Numbered from the stretch's first letter, positions 10,612 through 20,737 are shown. The stretch is 64,000 nt of DNA from Perkinsela sp. CCAP 1560/9 (GCA_965644495.1 CBFFSA010000002.1:372001-436000), one strand, 5' to 3'. Program-made: numbers and translations. The notes: generated by a model not told the origin, from the letters alone.

Positions 10612-11409
10612 TTATACATATATGACAGTATCATTAACGAACAAGGCATTTGTTCCTTGAGGTGGTGGTCGAGAAAAACCGCTAAACACATTACCTTCCA
10701 AATATAAAACTTGTAACTTGGAGGGAAGTTGCGTGAAGCTCAATTGCCCGCAAAGATCATTATTGTAAAGTTTCAAACGGTTCATATTTTCAGGTAATCG
10801 TTGCAAATCTATTTCTCCACTGAAACTGTTTCTATGAAGCTCTAAGCGACGTAAACTTTTAGGCAGCGATGTAAAATTGAGCGTCCCATATAAGCGATTA
10901 CGTCCCAAATTCAATTCTTCAAGTGACGGAGGAAGTCGATCCAGAGCAATATTACTAGAAAACATGTTGTCCACCACAATAAGTGATTTGAGTGCGAGGG
11001 GCAAATTTGTCAGATCAATGGGACCAGACAGACGATTTGAGGCGACCGTTAAGTACTGCAACATGGCGGGCAAATTTTCGAAACGCACCGACCCACGAAG
11101 CCAGTTATTCTCCAAATTTATATCTCGCATTGTTTCTGGAAGCGTTTCCCAAGTTAGGTTTCCCTGAAGATTAAAGTGTGACCAATCTAGGGCAGTTATC
11201 TCGCGAATTTCATTAGTAAAGACACCAGGCCATAGCCACGTAGGTGCTTCCGAAGAAAAGCGATAGTAAGTCAAATGTTGGGTAAAAGTACGAAGCCCCC
11301 CTTCTTCAGCAGTACTGGCCATCATTTTCCGTCTTTTTGCGTCTCGAGGAGCATCTGGACAAAAGATTACTGTCAGGGTTGCCAACACAGACACAGGACA
11401 GGTTATCAT
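10612..11409 (-). CDS. Leucine-rich repeat protein
   Basis: About 8 repeats of LPxxLxxLxLxxNxLxGxIDLxx. ATG at 11409 preferred because the longer track ORF starts inside the adjacent foldback. Confidence 0.9.
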   Translation of the reverse strand: MITCPVSVLATLTVIFCPDAPRDAKRRKMMASTAEEGGLRTFTQHLTYYRFSSEAPTWLWPGVFTNEIREITALDWSHFNLQGNLTWETLPETMRDINLENNWLRGSVRFENLPAMLQYLTVASNRLSGPIDLTNLPLALKSLIVVDNMFSSNIALDRLPPSLEELNLGRNRLYGTLNFTSLPKSLRRLELHRNSFSGEIDLQRLPENMNRLKLYNNDLCGQLSFTQLPSKLQVLYLEGNVFSGFSRPPPQGTNALFVNDTVIYV

Positions 11410-11519
11410 GCGTTTGAAAATTCGAAAAAGGATGAAATATGAATTAAGGGAAGTACGAAATAAAGAAGCAAATTCTGCACTTGTTTCGCACATAATCATG
11501 TGCCATAAATTCATTATTA

Positions 11520-11703
11520 AACCCAGGGTAAAGGGGACGAGGGAGATATCAATAGTGTAGGTTCGGCAGTTTCCCACGGGAAAAACGGCATCTCCACCTT
11601 TTTAGGCACCGGTCTTCATGCCATAAGGGAGACACCGTATTTCCTGTGTGAAACTGCTGCACCTACACTATTGGTATCTCCCTCGTCCCCTTTACCCTGG
11701 GTT
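11520..11703. repeat. Foldback element: ~76-bp inverted arms around a ~32-bp spacer
   Basis: AACCCAGGGTAAAGGGGACGAGGGAGATA... mirrors ...TATCTCCCTCGTCCCCTTTACCCTGGGTT, about 8 mismatches across the arms; no clean TSD. Confidence 0.85.
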
Positions 11704-11843
11704 ACATAGTAAAAACATGTTCCCTAGGACTCCTTACAGCTTCCCACGCGAGGAAGTTGTCGTCGCTGCGGCAAAAAGGCAGAAGGCTCCGCCTTCTGCC
11801 CTTATGACTTGCGCCTCCTCCTTCCTCTACGGTCTTCTCTTAA

Positions 11844-12227
11844 GCGGAGGTGGCGGAGTGGCAAGAATTCAAAGTTTGAAGCACATGGTGCTGAGATGGC
11901 GAGTTCAAACCCGCTCATCGCATTATTCCTGGCGGCCTCACTCTAAGAGGCTGGGCGGAGAACCGACTAGGCCCAGTACTCGGAGGACCGTCCCGGACCC
12001 TCCCCTCAGGGAACCAGCTCCCTTACCCGGCTTACACCTCTTGAGTAAGCCGTGTTGACGTACAATTCGTCGACGCAGCGTGTTGGTAACAGCACGTTGG
12101 TGCCGCCTTGGACAAGCAGAAACTGGTAGAGGACATCGGTCTCGGAACTTCAAAATCTGTCTGTGAAGGGTCTGGCTTGCCAGTGACCGTCCGGAGCAAT
12201 CCGGAATGATTTGGATCTGGATTTTTT
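11844..12227 (+). ncRNA. Candidate Pol III structured RNA or tRNA-derived SINE-like element
   Basis: A box TGGCGGAGTGG (11851-11861), B box GAGTTCAAACC (11901-11911), tRNA-like acceptor and T stems, serial hairpins with GNRA loops, first T4+ run at 12222-12227. Confidence 0.45.
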
Positions 12228-12508
12228 CTACGGTCTTGCGCATCCCACGCTTCAAGTTGAAAAAAGTATCTGGAAAATTGGGGTTTGCAAATCGCTTCCG
12301 AAGTCTCGAGTGGTCCAAAAGGTGCGTTTTTCTCTCCTAAAACTATCTACATGTATTTATGGTGCTGCCTTTGGTTCTTTGTGAAAAAACTTCTTCCGGA
12401 AAAGTTTTTGTCGGGCCAAATTTCGGGCCAAATTTTATTAATATGGGATAGCGAGGGAGTAGTATCTCCCTCAACATTGTATGTAGAACCAACTGTAGTT
12501 TGCATATA

Positions 12509-14087
12509 CACCCATGGACAGAAGTGTGCCCCCGGCCTGGCAAATGTCAATTTTTTTATCCGTTTTTGCTCATTTTTGCAGCATTCGAGAGATCTCGTTC
12601 CCCTAGCGAAGAGCTTTGCCGCCTTTTTTTCATAGGGACCCCCTGGTACCCCCTGGGTCCAAAAAACATGGTTTTTTTTACCCATTTTTTCGGATCACAG
12701 TCAAATCTTTTAGTATATCATCCTTTTTTCTCCCTGTTTTTTCTTCATGAGGACCCCGCCTCGTATAAGTCACAAACGAAACATCGCTTTGTCCATTTCG
12801 GAGAGAACAGAGATAGTTAAACAGCACAAATCTGGCGTCAGCATCACCCAACTTCATAAAAACTTTGATCGTGACCGCCGTACAATTAGAAAATTTATTA
12901 ATCTCTCAAAAAAGGGTAATGAACTGTCATCTCCACTGAAATCAGGTAGGCCAAAGCCTTCAAAAAGATTTGTATCAAAGGTGAAATCAATAGTTGATAA
13001 GGAAAATACAAAGGAAGAGGGTTGCTTGACGTACAACTTGGTTCATGATCAATTAAAAAGGAAAGGGTACAATTGTTCCATTAAGAAAGTCGTTCGTGTA
13101 TTACATAACTCAGGGTACACGAGAATGGCCAAGGCACGGAACTGTGACCTCACCGAACGGCATAAAGCCCTTCGTGTCGCATTGGCTAACGAGTTGCTTT
13201 CTCTTCCCCCCCAAAAGTTGGATAATATAATTTGGACCGACGAAAAACTCTTTATGTGTGGTGTTCATGGGGTTGGGCATTTTTTTATTGGGAAAAAGGG
13301 GGGCCCCAAAAAGATACGGTGTCGCAACAGACGATGGTATGGGGGGAAGGGTGTTATGGCATGGATGGGAATAAGCAAAACCCACGGCTTCTTCTTGCAT
13401 ATCTTCAAGCCAATTGGGGGTGTGAGCCATGCAGACGCCCACAAAGTAAAGGGCGAAACTATTCTAAGGGCCTTCAAAAAACGACAATGATTCTTAGAGT
13501 ATTTGAAGGAAAATAAGGAAATTGTATGGGTTCAAATGGATAGCGCCACAACCCATAATTTGGTAAAGCATGAGCTTATAAACTATACCATTCCTCTTAT
13601 GAATTGGCCCCCCAACTCTCCAGATCTCAATCCTATTGAGAACGTTTGGAGCTTGATGAACAAAATGGTACAAAAAAAATTTAAGCCACATAACTATGTA
13701 ACCCTGACAAAGGCCATAGAAAAGGCGTTTAATGCTCTAAAACGTGCCCCACACAAACAGAAAGTGTTGAATTCCATCAATTCTGTTCCCAAACGTATGC
13801 AAATAGTTATTCAGACCAATGGGGAGCACTGCGGATATTGATACTTCTTCCTTTTTTCTCATTTTATCATTGAAAGGGTGATGTTTTCTTCTGGATGTCT
13901 AATGTACCATTTTTTGTTTTTGGTCTACTTTGGGGTCACCACCAGAGCACCAGGGGGTCCCTATGAAAAAAAGGCGGCAAAGCTCTTCGCTAGGGGAACG
14001 AGATCTCTCGAATGCTGCAAAAATGAGAAAAATTGGATAAAAAAATTGACATTTGCCAGGCCGGGGGCACACTTCTGACCATGAGTG
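12509..14087 (+). mobile_element. Tc1/mariner DNA transposon, full-length copy (1579 bp)
   Basis: ~139-bp TIRs (12509-12647 and 13949-14087) beginning CACCCATGGACAGAAGTGTG; TA on both sides; internal transposase. Confidence 0.96.
12747..13841 (+). pseudogene. Tc1-like DDE transposase with one in-frame TGA
   Basis: N-terminal HTH, GRP linker, IIWTDEK, QMDSATTH, WPPNSPDLNPIENVW. TGA at 13488-13490 is GGA in the second copy; reading through gives 364 aa. Confidence 0.93.
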
Positions 14088-14187
14088 TATGTACTGAATA
14101 TTGCATCGCTCTCGGACAGGCTTTCGCCCACAGGACCAATACCCTTCTCAAATGGGGGAGCACGACCCACGTCCCAGATCAATGAGG

Positions 14188-14784
14188 CTACGTCTCATGT
14201 GAACTTTCCATCTTTGCTGCACTTGACGTTTGACGTGAAGTAATAACTCGAATTCTCTTTGGTCGAGGTCTTTCGTTTAAGGTATGATGTGATGTTACAA
14301 GTTCAACGCTTGACCGGGTATAAAGTTGTGGACCATTCTGCTGAACAGTACGGTCTGCCTTTGTAGGAGCACAGATTCTAACAGCCACACTATTTAACAT
14401 GTTTCTTTCATGGACAATATTTATCCACTTATTTTCCAGATCAACGAAAAAGTGGGAATGCAGAGGAAATATTAAGATGCTTCTTTTCAAATTAATCGTA
14501 GAAATAGCGCTGCAATGTTTCGCTAAAGCATTTTTGGGGGAATTCGCAACGCCATCCGGGTCCCCACGTGATAGTTCCTTTGTACAGCGCGTCGTATGGG
14601 ACAGAATTTCTGTATCATTTTCCTGCTTTTGACATGCAAAATGGCAAGACACTGTGTAGAGCTCCCTTCCATAAAACTTTATCGTTTTCCCCAAGAGTTG
14701 CAAGGCAGGGCCAGATAACTGTATTTCACAACGATAATTTATTTCGACATTCTGGACTGCAGCATCTAGATATTTTTGAATCAT
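14188..14784 (-). CDS. Hypothetical protein
   Basis: 198-aa ATG ORF on the cluster strand; no motif recognised. Confidence 0.45.
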   Translation of the reverse strand: MIQKYLDAAVQNVEINYRCEIQLSGPALQLLGKTIKFYGRELYTVSCHFACQKQENDTEILSHTTRCTKELSRGDPDGVANSPKNALAKHCSAISTINLKRSILIFPLHSHFFVDLENKWINIVHERNMLNSVAVRICAPTKADRTVQQNGPQLYTRSSVELVTSHHTLNERPRPKRIRVITSRQTSSAAKMESSHET

Positions 14785-14929
14785 GTGTTTGTGAAGGATT
14801 ACAAGTAATAATTTCCCTATTTTCCATTAAGCCGGTACAGATCGTTCATACATCTGTACATCTTTGTATATCTTATACACACCATAGTGGTATGGTTATC
14901 ACTGGGCAAGAATCAAGAACCCACAAGAG

Positions 14930-15673
14930 TCAAGAATCCTTGGATAATGGACTGAAAAATAATCGTGTTAACATCCACGATAAGAAAAATGTGAACACAT
15001 ATGGCCACCAATTTGTCTTCTGCTCTGTGCTGAGATTTTCACTCTGGTTGAGCGACTTGTGGTGTATTTCGGCAGTGGTGCCCCATGAGGGAATTTTCGT
15101 TTCCATTTCAGTTTCAGCAACTATCACGAACATTGAGTAATGAGGAATCACGTTTCGACGAGCATGACATTTGGTGACAAACATTCCCAGCCATTGCAGC
15201 CCAAGTACTTCCCCTCTTTCACCAAAGAAAATTCCGATCCGGGGATGAACATCATTTAGTGTGAGAGAGCACGTAGGAATGCGAATCTGCACGAACGAGT
15301 TTTGTGACCCTAGAGAAGAACGTGTCCGTATGTACATTTTTCCATGTACACTTCCCATACAATCATTCAAGGTCAATTCTTTTGACCAAAGGTTCACTTT
15401 CTGCGGAGAGTATCCTTCTCTTTGGGAGTCAAAATAACGGGAATTCCAACTGTGTCCATTGTCTATCGAGATTTGTATTTCTACTGTAGGTAAAACTTGT
15501 CGCCGCTGCATCACATACGGTGCCTCAATGGACTTACATGTAGACAAGTGATGGAAGACGCCCAAGAAATGCGAAAGAAAAAGGAGCATCAACGGCGAAA
15601 CAAAATTAATTAAACCTGAATGAACTAATGCGCATTTGGGGTGACATAAAAATATCTGAATAAGTAGCTCCAA
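14930..15673 (-). CDS. Type I membrane protein, possibly EMC10-like
   Basis: Signal-like segment from ATG 15589 (MLLFLSHFLG) and C-terminal WWPYVFTFFLSWML transmembrane segment resembling EMC10. Confidence 0.45.
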   Translation of the reverse strand: MELLIQIFLCHPKCALVHSGLINFVSPLMLLFLSHFLGVFHHLSTCKSIEAPYVMQRRQVLPTVEIQISIDNGHSWNSRYFDSQREGYSPQKVNLWSKELTLNDCMGSVHGKMYIRTRSSLGSQNSFVQIRIPTCSLTLNDVHPRIGIFFGERGEVLGLQWLGMFVTKCHARRNVIPHYSMFVIVAETEMETKIPSWGTTAEIHHKSLNQSENLSTEQKTNWWPYVFTFFLSWMLTRLFFSPLSKDS

Positions 15674-15787
15674 AAGGAAATTGAAGAAAAGTAAAAAAGA
15701 TTTGTAATACCAGAAAATTTACTCGGAAAACCACATATTCTGCGGCCAGAGGGGAGGAGGGTGTCAATAAGAAAATTACATGTACGT

Positions 15788-15830
15788 CAAAGCTCTTCGC
15801 TAAGGGAACAAGATATCTCGTGTGCAAAAA
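15788..15830. mobile_element. Degenerate relic of the Tc1 TIR
   Basis: CAAAGCTCTTCGCTAAGGGAACAAGATATCTCG versus TIR CAAAGCTCTTCGCTAGGGGAACGAGATCTCTCG. Confidence 0.7.
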
Positions 15831-16315
15831 AAATAAAACAATTTGAATTTCTCCGGAAAAATAAAATACGTCCAGTTGCATTTTTTGGTCAAAAGGGATT
15901 TTTCCCCCGATACATCGTCACTAAGGAGGTAGTTTTCAACGCGAAGCGCGCAGAATGCGTGACTTCTGTGTTGAAAACAACCACCTACAAAGAGCCTAAA
16001 ATGTTCATGAATCCTGAGAACGGGGTAATTTATAATTAGTTCTTATATAGAGGGCGTGGTAGTAGTACTGCACCTAAGGTACAGTACAACCTTACTACGT
16101 CCTTCATCGATCAAAGTAGTGTAAATTTCAGAAAAGGGGAAAAGGCACTGCTGGAATCTTTTAACCGGTAGTTATTCCGTCCAAGGAACTGTGAATATGA
16201 AGTGCTCAGCGATGACGCCCTCTTCGCTGAAAACAAGCACCTCGTTTAATGTAGCGGGAAAGACATTTAATTTGCATCGGTTTTAGCAAGTTATCTGGAT
16301 ATCTGTATTATCAAG

Positions 16316-17413
16316 TTAATCACTTGATTCGTCTAAAAGTAGCTCGCCATTAATAGCTTTGGTTCGTAGTTGTCTCAATTCATCAAAAGAAATATTGTGC
16401 ATATTTTCGGAAAATGTGGGGATCAAAACTTTATCCAACGCTACTAAATTTCGAAGTTGCCTTCGGACTTGTTGCACCTTATCAATTGCCGTGTTCACGT
16501 CACTATTTGCAAGGGTTGTCGAAGAATGTCGTACAAGGGAGCGAAAAATAGTAAGTATTGCGGGAATGCCACGTAGTATGTACAAATCCCAAATCCTCAG
16601 AACCCACTCGGTTGGGACAACACCAACGAATAAGCACAATAGCCAATCCACAAAAAGACCTGCAGGGCGTATCCCAAGAATATTTTGTAAATGGGTGCTA
16701 AATAACGGATCGTCCTGAAAAATCAAATAATCTAAAACTCTGATGTCTCGTTGTACACCAGAGAGAGTTGCATCATAATACCCGGCACTATACTTGTTCC
16801 GCTCAACCAGCGAGATGAGAGTATAGAATACATCTAGTTCATGACGCGGTGTGTAAACAAGAAGCAGTAAAGCCGCAACCACATTCATTCCTTGACAATA
16901 GGAATGCTTTAAATGTGTCGCCACAGCGAACAAAACTCGACGGAGAGATTCTGTGTTCATCGAATCGTGAAACACAGCTAAAAGAGGTGAGGTGCGGTGA
17001 AGATCTTTTGCAATCTGCTTCGTGTTGGATTCGGTCGCATTTTGAATGCACTGCGTGTAATACCGTGGTCCTCCATGCTGATGTTTCAAGTCACGGGCCC
17101 CGGTGATTGCAAGCCAAATTTCGCGTCGAGAATCTCGAGGACAGCCATAACGCAAAATGCACGTAGGTGTGTGAAGACCTTTAACTGTCAAGCACTTTGT
17201 TGCTGTGACAGCCTCATGATAGGCTTTGCTTAGAAACCCTTTCTCTAATTCACGAAAATGAGCTTCGAGGGCGATCAATGTTTCCTTTTGACGAGTTAAG
17301 TCTTGTTCACCATTAGATACCTTTGAATCCTGATCCTGCGTGAAGGCTTGTTTACGTTTTTTGTAGTCTTCATCTTTCTTGAACAGTTTGTGTAGCTGAA
17401 TGACAGCCTTCAT
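16316..17413 (-). CDS. TBC-domain Rab GTPase-activating protein
   Basis: RREIW, IAKDLHRT (Arg finger), YCQGMN (Gln finger), LRIWD. Confidence 0.93.
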   Translation of the reverse strand: MKAVIQLHKLFKKDEDYKKRKQAFTQDQDSKVSNGEQDLTRQKETLIALEAHFRELEKGFLSKAYHEAVTATKCLTVKGLHTPTCILRYGCPRDSRREIWLAITGARDLKHQHGGPRYYTQCIQNATESNTKQIAKDLHRTSPLLAVFHDSMNTESLRRVLFAVATHLKHSYCQGMNVVAALLLLVYTPRHELDVFYTLISLVERNKYSAGYYDATLSGVQRDIRVLDYLIFQDDPLFSTHLQNILGIRPAGLFVDWLLCLFVGVVPTEWVLRIWDLYILRGIPAILTIFRSLVRHSSTTLANSDVNTAIDKVQQVRRQLRNLVALDKVLIPTFSENMHNISFDELRQLRTKAINGELLLDESSD

Positions 17414-17634
17414 AAAGAGCTAGTGAAATATATTATTGTTGAATTGTAAAGAATTAGACGAATATTCAAAAAAAGCAAAGTGTAAATAATAGTCGCATGA
17501 CGCGAGGTAGAATATTTTCAGCAAATCCAAAAAAAGATTTTGGTTGTATTTATTCAGAGACTTCAATTCGTTTGCAGAATTGCCACGTAAATTCGAAAAC
17601 AAAAATGCTAACGCTCGCTTAAAGGCAATCTGTT

Positions 17635-18099
17635 TCACGAAAAAAATGAGTTAGGCGCATATCTCTGGGAGCAACCATCGGAATCAAACAGTATGGGATT
17701 CGGAGTAGCGGGACCAGGTCCAAAAGCAGTTGGCATAGGCGGTGGAGCTGATGCGTTCTGGGCGGAGTCCGATTCTGTTTCCAGCAATGCCTTTTTAAAC
17801 TGCTCAACAATATGAATCGGCGCTTCCGGGCGAGGCTCCCAGCGCATATTTTTATTATTGAACCAATATAGGTTTGTGTTTTCCATCTTAGAGTATTCGG
17901 ATATATCTTGTTGTGGATATGAAGTTCGTCCTCCTCTCAAGTTTGTTGAACCAAATAATGTATTTTCCCAACGCTCGGACAGACTCAGATGCGGAGTCTC
18001 GACAGGCTCACTCAGTTCTGATGAGTTGGCACTTCGAGATGAACCGGTAATGTTACATCGAAGTATGCTTTCAAGCCACCTAGTTATCGCAACTGACAT
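17635..18099 (-). CDS. Small protein resembling the Sec16 C-terminal region
   Basis: NLYWFNNKNMRWE...APPPM...RY pattern recalls Sec16 FYYDxxxKRW...PPP...RY; weak. Confidence 0.4.
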   Translation of the reverse strand: MSVAITRWLESILRCNITGSSRSANSSELSEPVETPHLSLSERWENTLFGSTNLRGGRTSYPQQDISEYSKMENTNLYWFNNKNMRWEPRPEAPIHIVEQFKKALLETESDSAQNASAPPPMPTAFGPGPATPNPILFDSDGCSQRYAPNSFFS

Positions 18100-18521
18100 T
18101 AACCTTGAAACAAATCAAACACATTTCTCATCCAATTATTAGAAAAACACGTCCAACATAAAATATCATTTAAGTGTTTAGACTGATTGTACATATAAAA
18201 GGTTCGTGTAATTTTTGATAACCATGTGTCCAAAGTCAAATAATCGTTTTGTAAAGTTGAATTCACATTGTTTGGGGTTCTCCTGGCGTTAGCATTCTGA
18301 AGAAGATTCTCTTGTTTTAACGAGTTACAGCTTTGATCTAATGAAATGTTAGATAATGAAATCTAATGAAACGTTAGTGTTAGGAGTGTTAAGGGCGATA
18401 ATTATTGATTTTGCTACAACACGACATGACAGAAAAACAATGCATGTTCGCCGTGGCGATTTCTGAATGCTCTGTTCATAGTAAATCCTACACGCGTTTA
18501 AAAAAGAGCATCGGATACACT

Positions 18522-20246
18522 CTACGTACACTCACGAGTCCAGTCGGACGCAAACATTTCTTCCAGTGTTTTCCCAATAGGACTACTGACTTTACCTTCT
18601 CCAGTCATGCCCACATGCTTTACTTCTTGGCTATCAGCGTCTGGTAAAGATTCTTCTGGTGATTGCGAACATACAAAAAAATCTTGACTTAGATTAGCCA
18701 ACGAGTCTTCATGCGCCAGTTCAGACTCAACATTGAAGAGGTCTAAAGAAACATTTTTATTCTGGTTAGTTTGGCTTATTTTCCACTGCGCGAAACGTTT
18801 CACAAAATGCCGAAAAAACACATATAAAGTAAACAAGCATGGTCTCAAAAAGTGACTCGAAAGACCTGTATTGAATTCGTCAAAGAGATCACGCACAACA
18901 AAATATTTCGATTGCTTTTGTTCGTCGATTTCTTCATTATTCAGTGATTGAGCTCTAGAAGTTTTTCCTAGCTCGAAATTGTAAGCGCACTCAGCAGCTC
19001 TTCGAAGAAAATCTATTAAAGAGTCTACGATAGAACAGACCATATCCCACACTTCATTAGAACAGCTAAGAAACAGTTCCACGCCTCTATTATTGAAACG
19101 ATCCAAGAAGCACGACAGTTCTGGAAAAACCTTTTCCAGTAAGCCGTTTTCCACATTTTCGTCTTTGGTTAGGGAATCAGTGGACTTGAACGTTTCTTGA
19201 TTCTGTGATGTCGCCATGTTTTTGGGGGGTCCAGCACTATGTGATAGACAACTATGCAATTCTAAATTCTTTTCTTCATGTAGATCTTTAATGTTTGGCT
19301 CCAGGAGGCCTATTTTCGTAAAACCGTGAATACGTAGGATTTCGATTAGGGATTCCATTGCTAGATGCAACTGATCCTCTGCATACGTGACCTGAGTCTT
19401 TATACCGTTCGAAGTATCAGAATTATTAGACCCAAATAAAGACAAACAAGCTTTGTTACAAGAATTTAACAGCCTTCTAAAACGAAAAAGTGCATTGTGT
19501 AAGGCCTCCAAATTCGAAGCGTACAAATTCACATACGTGATAGTTGAATTTTCCCCCTTTCTAGTGCCCTGTTCTAAACGCCAGCCTGATAGCAAAGTTG
19601 AAGCAGCCATCCGGGTAGTGTTTTTCATGACGTTGTACATAGATCTGTTCTCTCGCCGAACGGCAGAACACCGGACATGCTCTCGTAATGGGACTACTTC
19701 TTTGTCATAGTCTGTAGAATTTAGGAATAAAAGAAGGAGCGTTCGTCCATCGTGTCCTAGGAGTGTAACAATGTGTTGAAGCAGCCAGTCAATATAGCTT
19801 GCAGGCTTGGAAAAAAGATTTTCCTCATAATGTGGAACACAAAGGTGGGGGAGAAGTAATTGAAGGTCTGCAAGAAAACTGAGAAGCGTAGATTCGGAAT
19901 GGTGAACATTGAAAGTTCTCTGCTGTGAACCATTATATGATATTTTTATTATTAGTTGTTGAGAATCGTCCAGATAATGCGTGCAAAATGAAACTTTATC
20001 GAAAAGATTGCATACGTGGCACGCATTTGCGGACGTTTTTAGTGCTGCTAAAACTTTTGTTTCTCGTGCTGCAGGACAGTATGCAGTACATACAGAAACA
20101 TCTGAGCTATGCGGTCTGAGAAATCGATGAATTCCAGTGAAATCGTCAAGCAAATTGGGTAGGGCCCCTAAGTTGGGAAGCCGACTCGAGTTCCAGAAGT
20201 ATTTATAATCTGGGCATATGTGGTGTTCTTGTAGCAAAATCTCCAT
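18522..20246 (-). CDS. Hypothetical protein
   Basis: 574-aa ATG ORF on the cluster strand. Confidence 0.75.
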   Translation of the reverse strand: MEILLQEHHICPDYKYFWNSSRLPNLGALPNLLDDFTGIHRFLRPHSSDVSVCTAYCPAARETKVLAALKTSANACHVCNLFDKVSFCTHYLDDSQQLIIKISYNGSQQRTFNVHHSESTLLSFLADLQLLLPHLCVPHYEENLFSKPASYIDWLLQHIVTLLGHDGRTLLLLFLNSTDYDKEVVPLREHVRCSAVRRENRSMYNVMKNTTRMAASTLLSGWRLEQGTRKGENSTITYVNLYASNLEALHNALFRFRRLLNSCNKACLSLFGSNNSDTSNGIKTQVTYAEDQLHLAMESLIEILRIHGFTKIGLLEPNIKDLHEEKNLELHSCLSHSAGPPKNMATSQNQETFKSTDSLTKDENVENGLLEKVFPELSCFLDRFNNRGVELFLSCSNEVWDMVCSIVDSLIDFLRRAAECAYNFELGKTSRAQSLNNEEIDEQKQSKYFVVRDLFDEFNTGLSSHFLRPCLFTLYVFFRHFVKRFAQWKISQTNQNKNVSLDLFNVESELAHEDSLANLSQDFFVCSQSPEESLPDADSQEVKHVGMTGEGKVSSPIGKTLEEMFASDWTRECT

Positions 20247-20737
20247 TTAAAACTCAAATAAATTCAATATAACAATTTTTAAACTACTAATTTTAAACTA
20301 CTAAATTTTTAACTACTAAAGAATTACATAATTTATAACTTTCGAAACAGTCTTTTTAATAGCGAAGTAGAGAAAAGAGCACTTGTACAACCCTGATGTT
20401 GAGTCCCACTTTTACTGTTTACTGCTGATAAGCAAAATGTAATAAGTAAAAACGTGTTCTATTTCAGAACAAGCAGCTTTTCAGATGACGGCCTTCGTAC
20501 AAATAGAGGATACAGATACATAAAGATGACGCAGTGTACAAACGAAAATTACTCGGCTTAATTGCAATACGAATTGAATAATTTATGCAGTAAAAATTAT
20601 TGTATCCATTATCATTTACTTGGAATCTTATCTTACGAATCATTCAAATGGGCACACATGACAATCATTCGCAAGTATTGAATCAGCTGTCACTCTCCAA
20701 AATCAGAAAACTATCATATTCATCGATATTCCGACTT

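Noticed and set aside
11844-11922. tRNA-Sec or opal suppressor (TTCAAA loop) able to read the transposase TGA
   Set aside because: No 3' D-strand, poor anticodon stem and no Sec-type long acceptor stem; the TGA is simply explained as a GGA point mutation.
11960-12316. Group I intron core (GACTA...TGGTC as P7)
   Set aside because: No room for a P4-P6 domain and no interrupted host gene.
12285-12820. Short ORFs repeated at 13878-14182, 54993-55445 and 56025-56270
   Set aside because: They are translations of the Tc1 TIRs, not a gene family.
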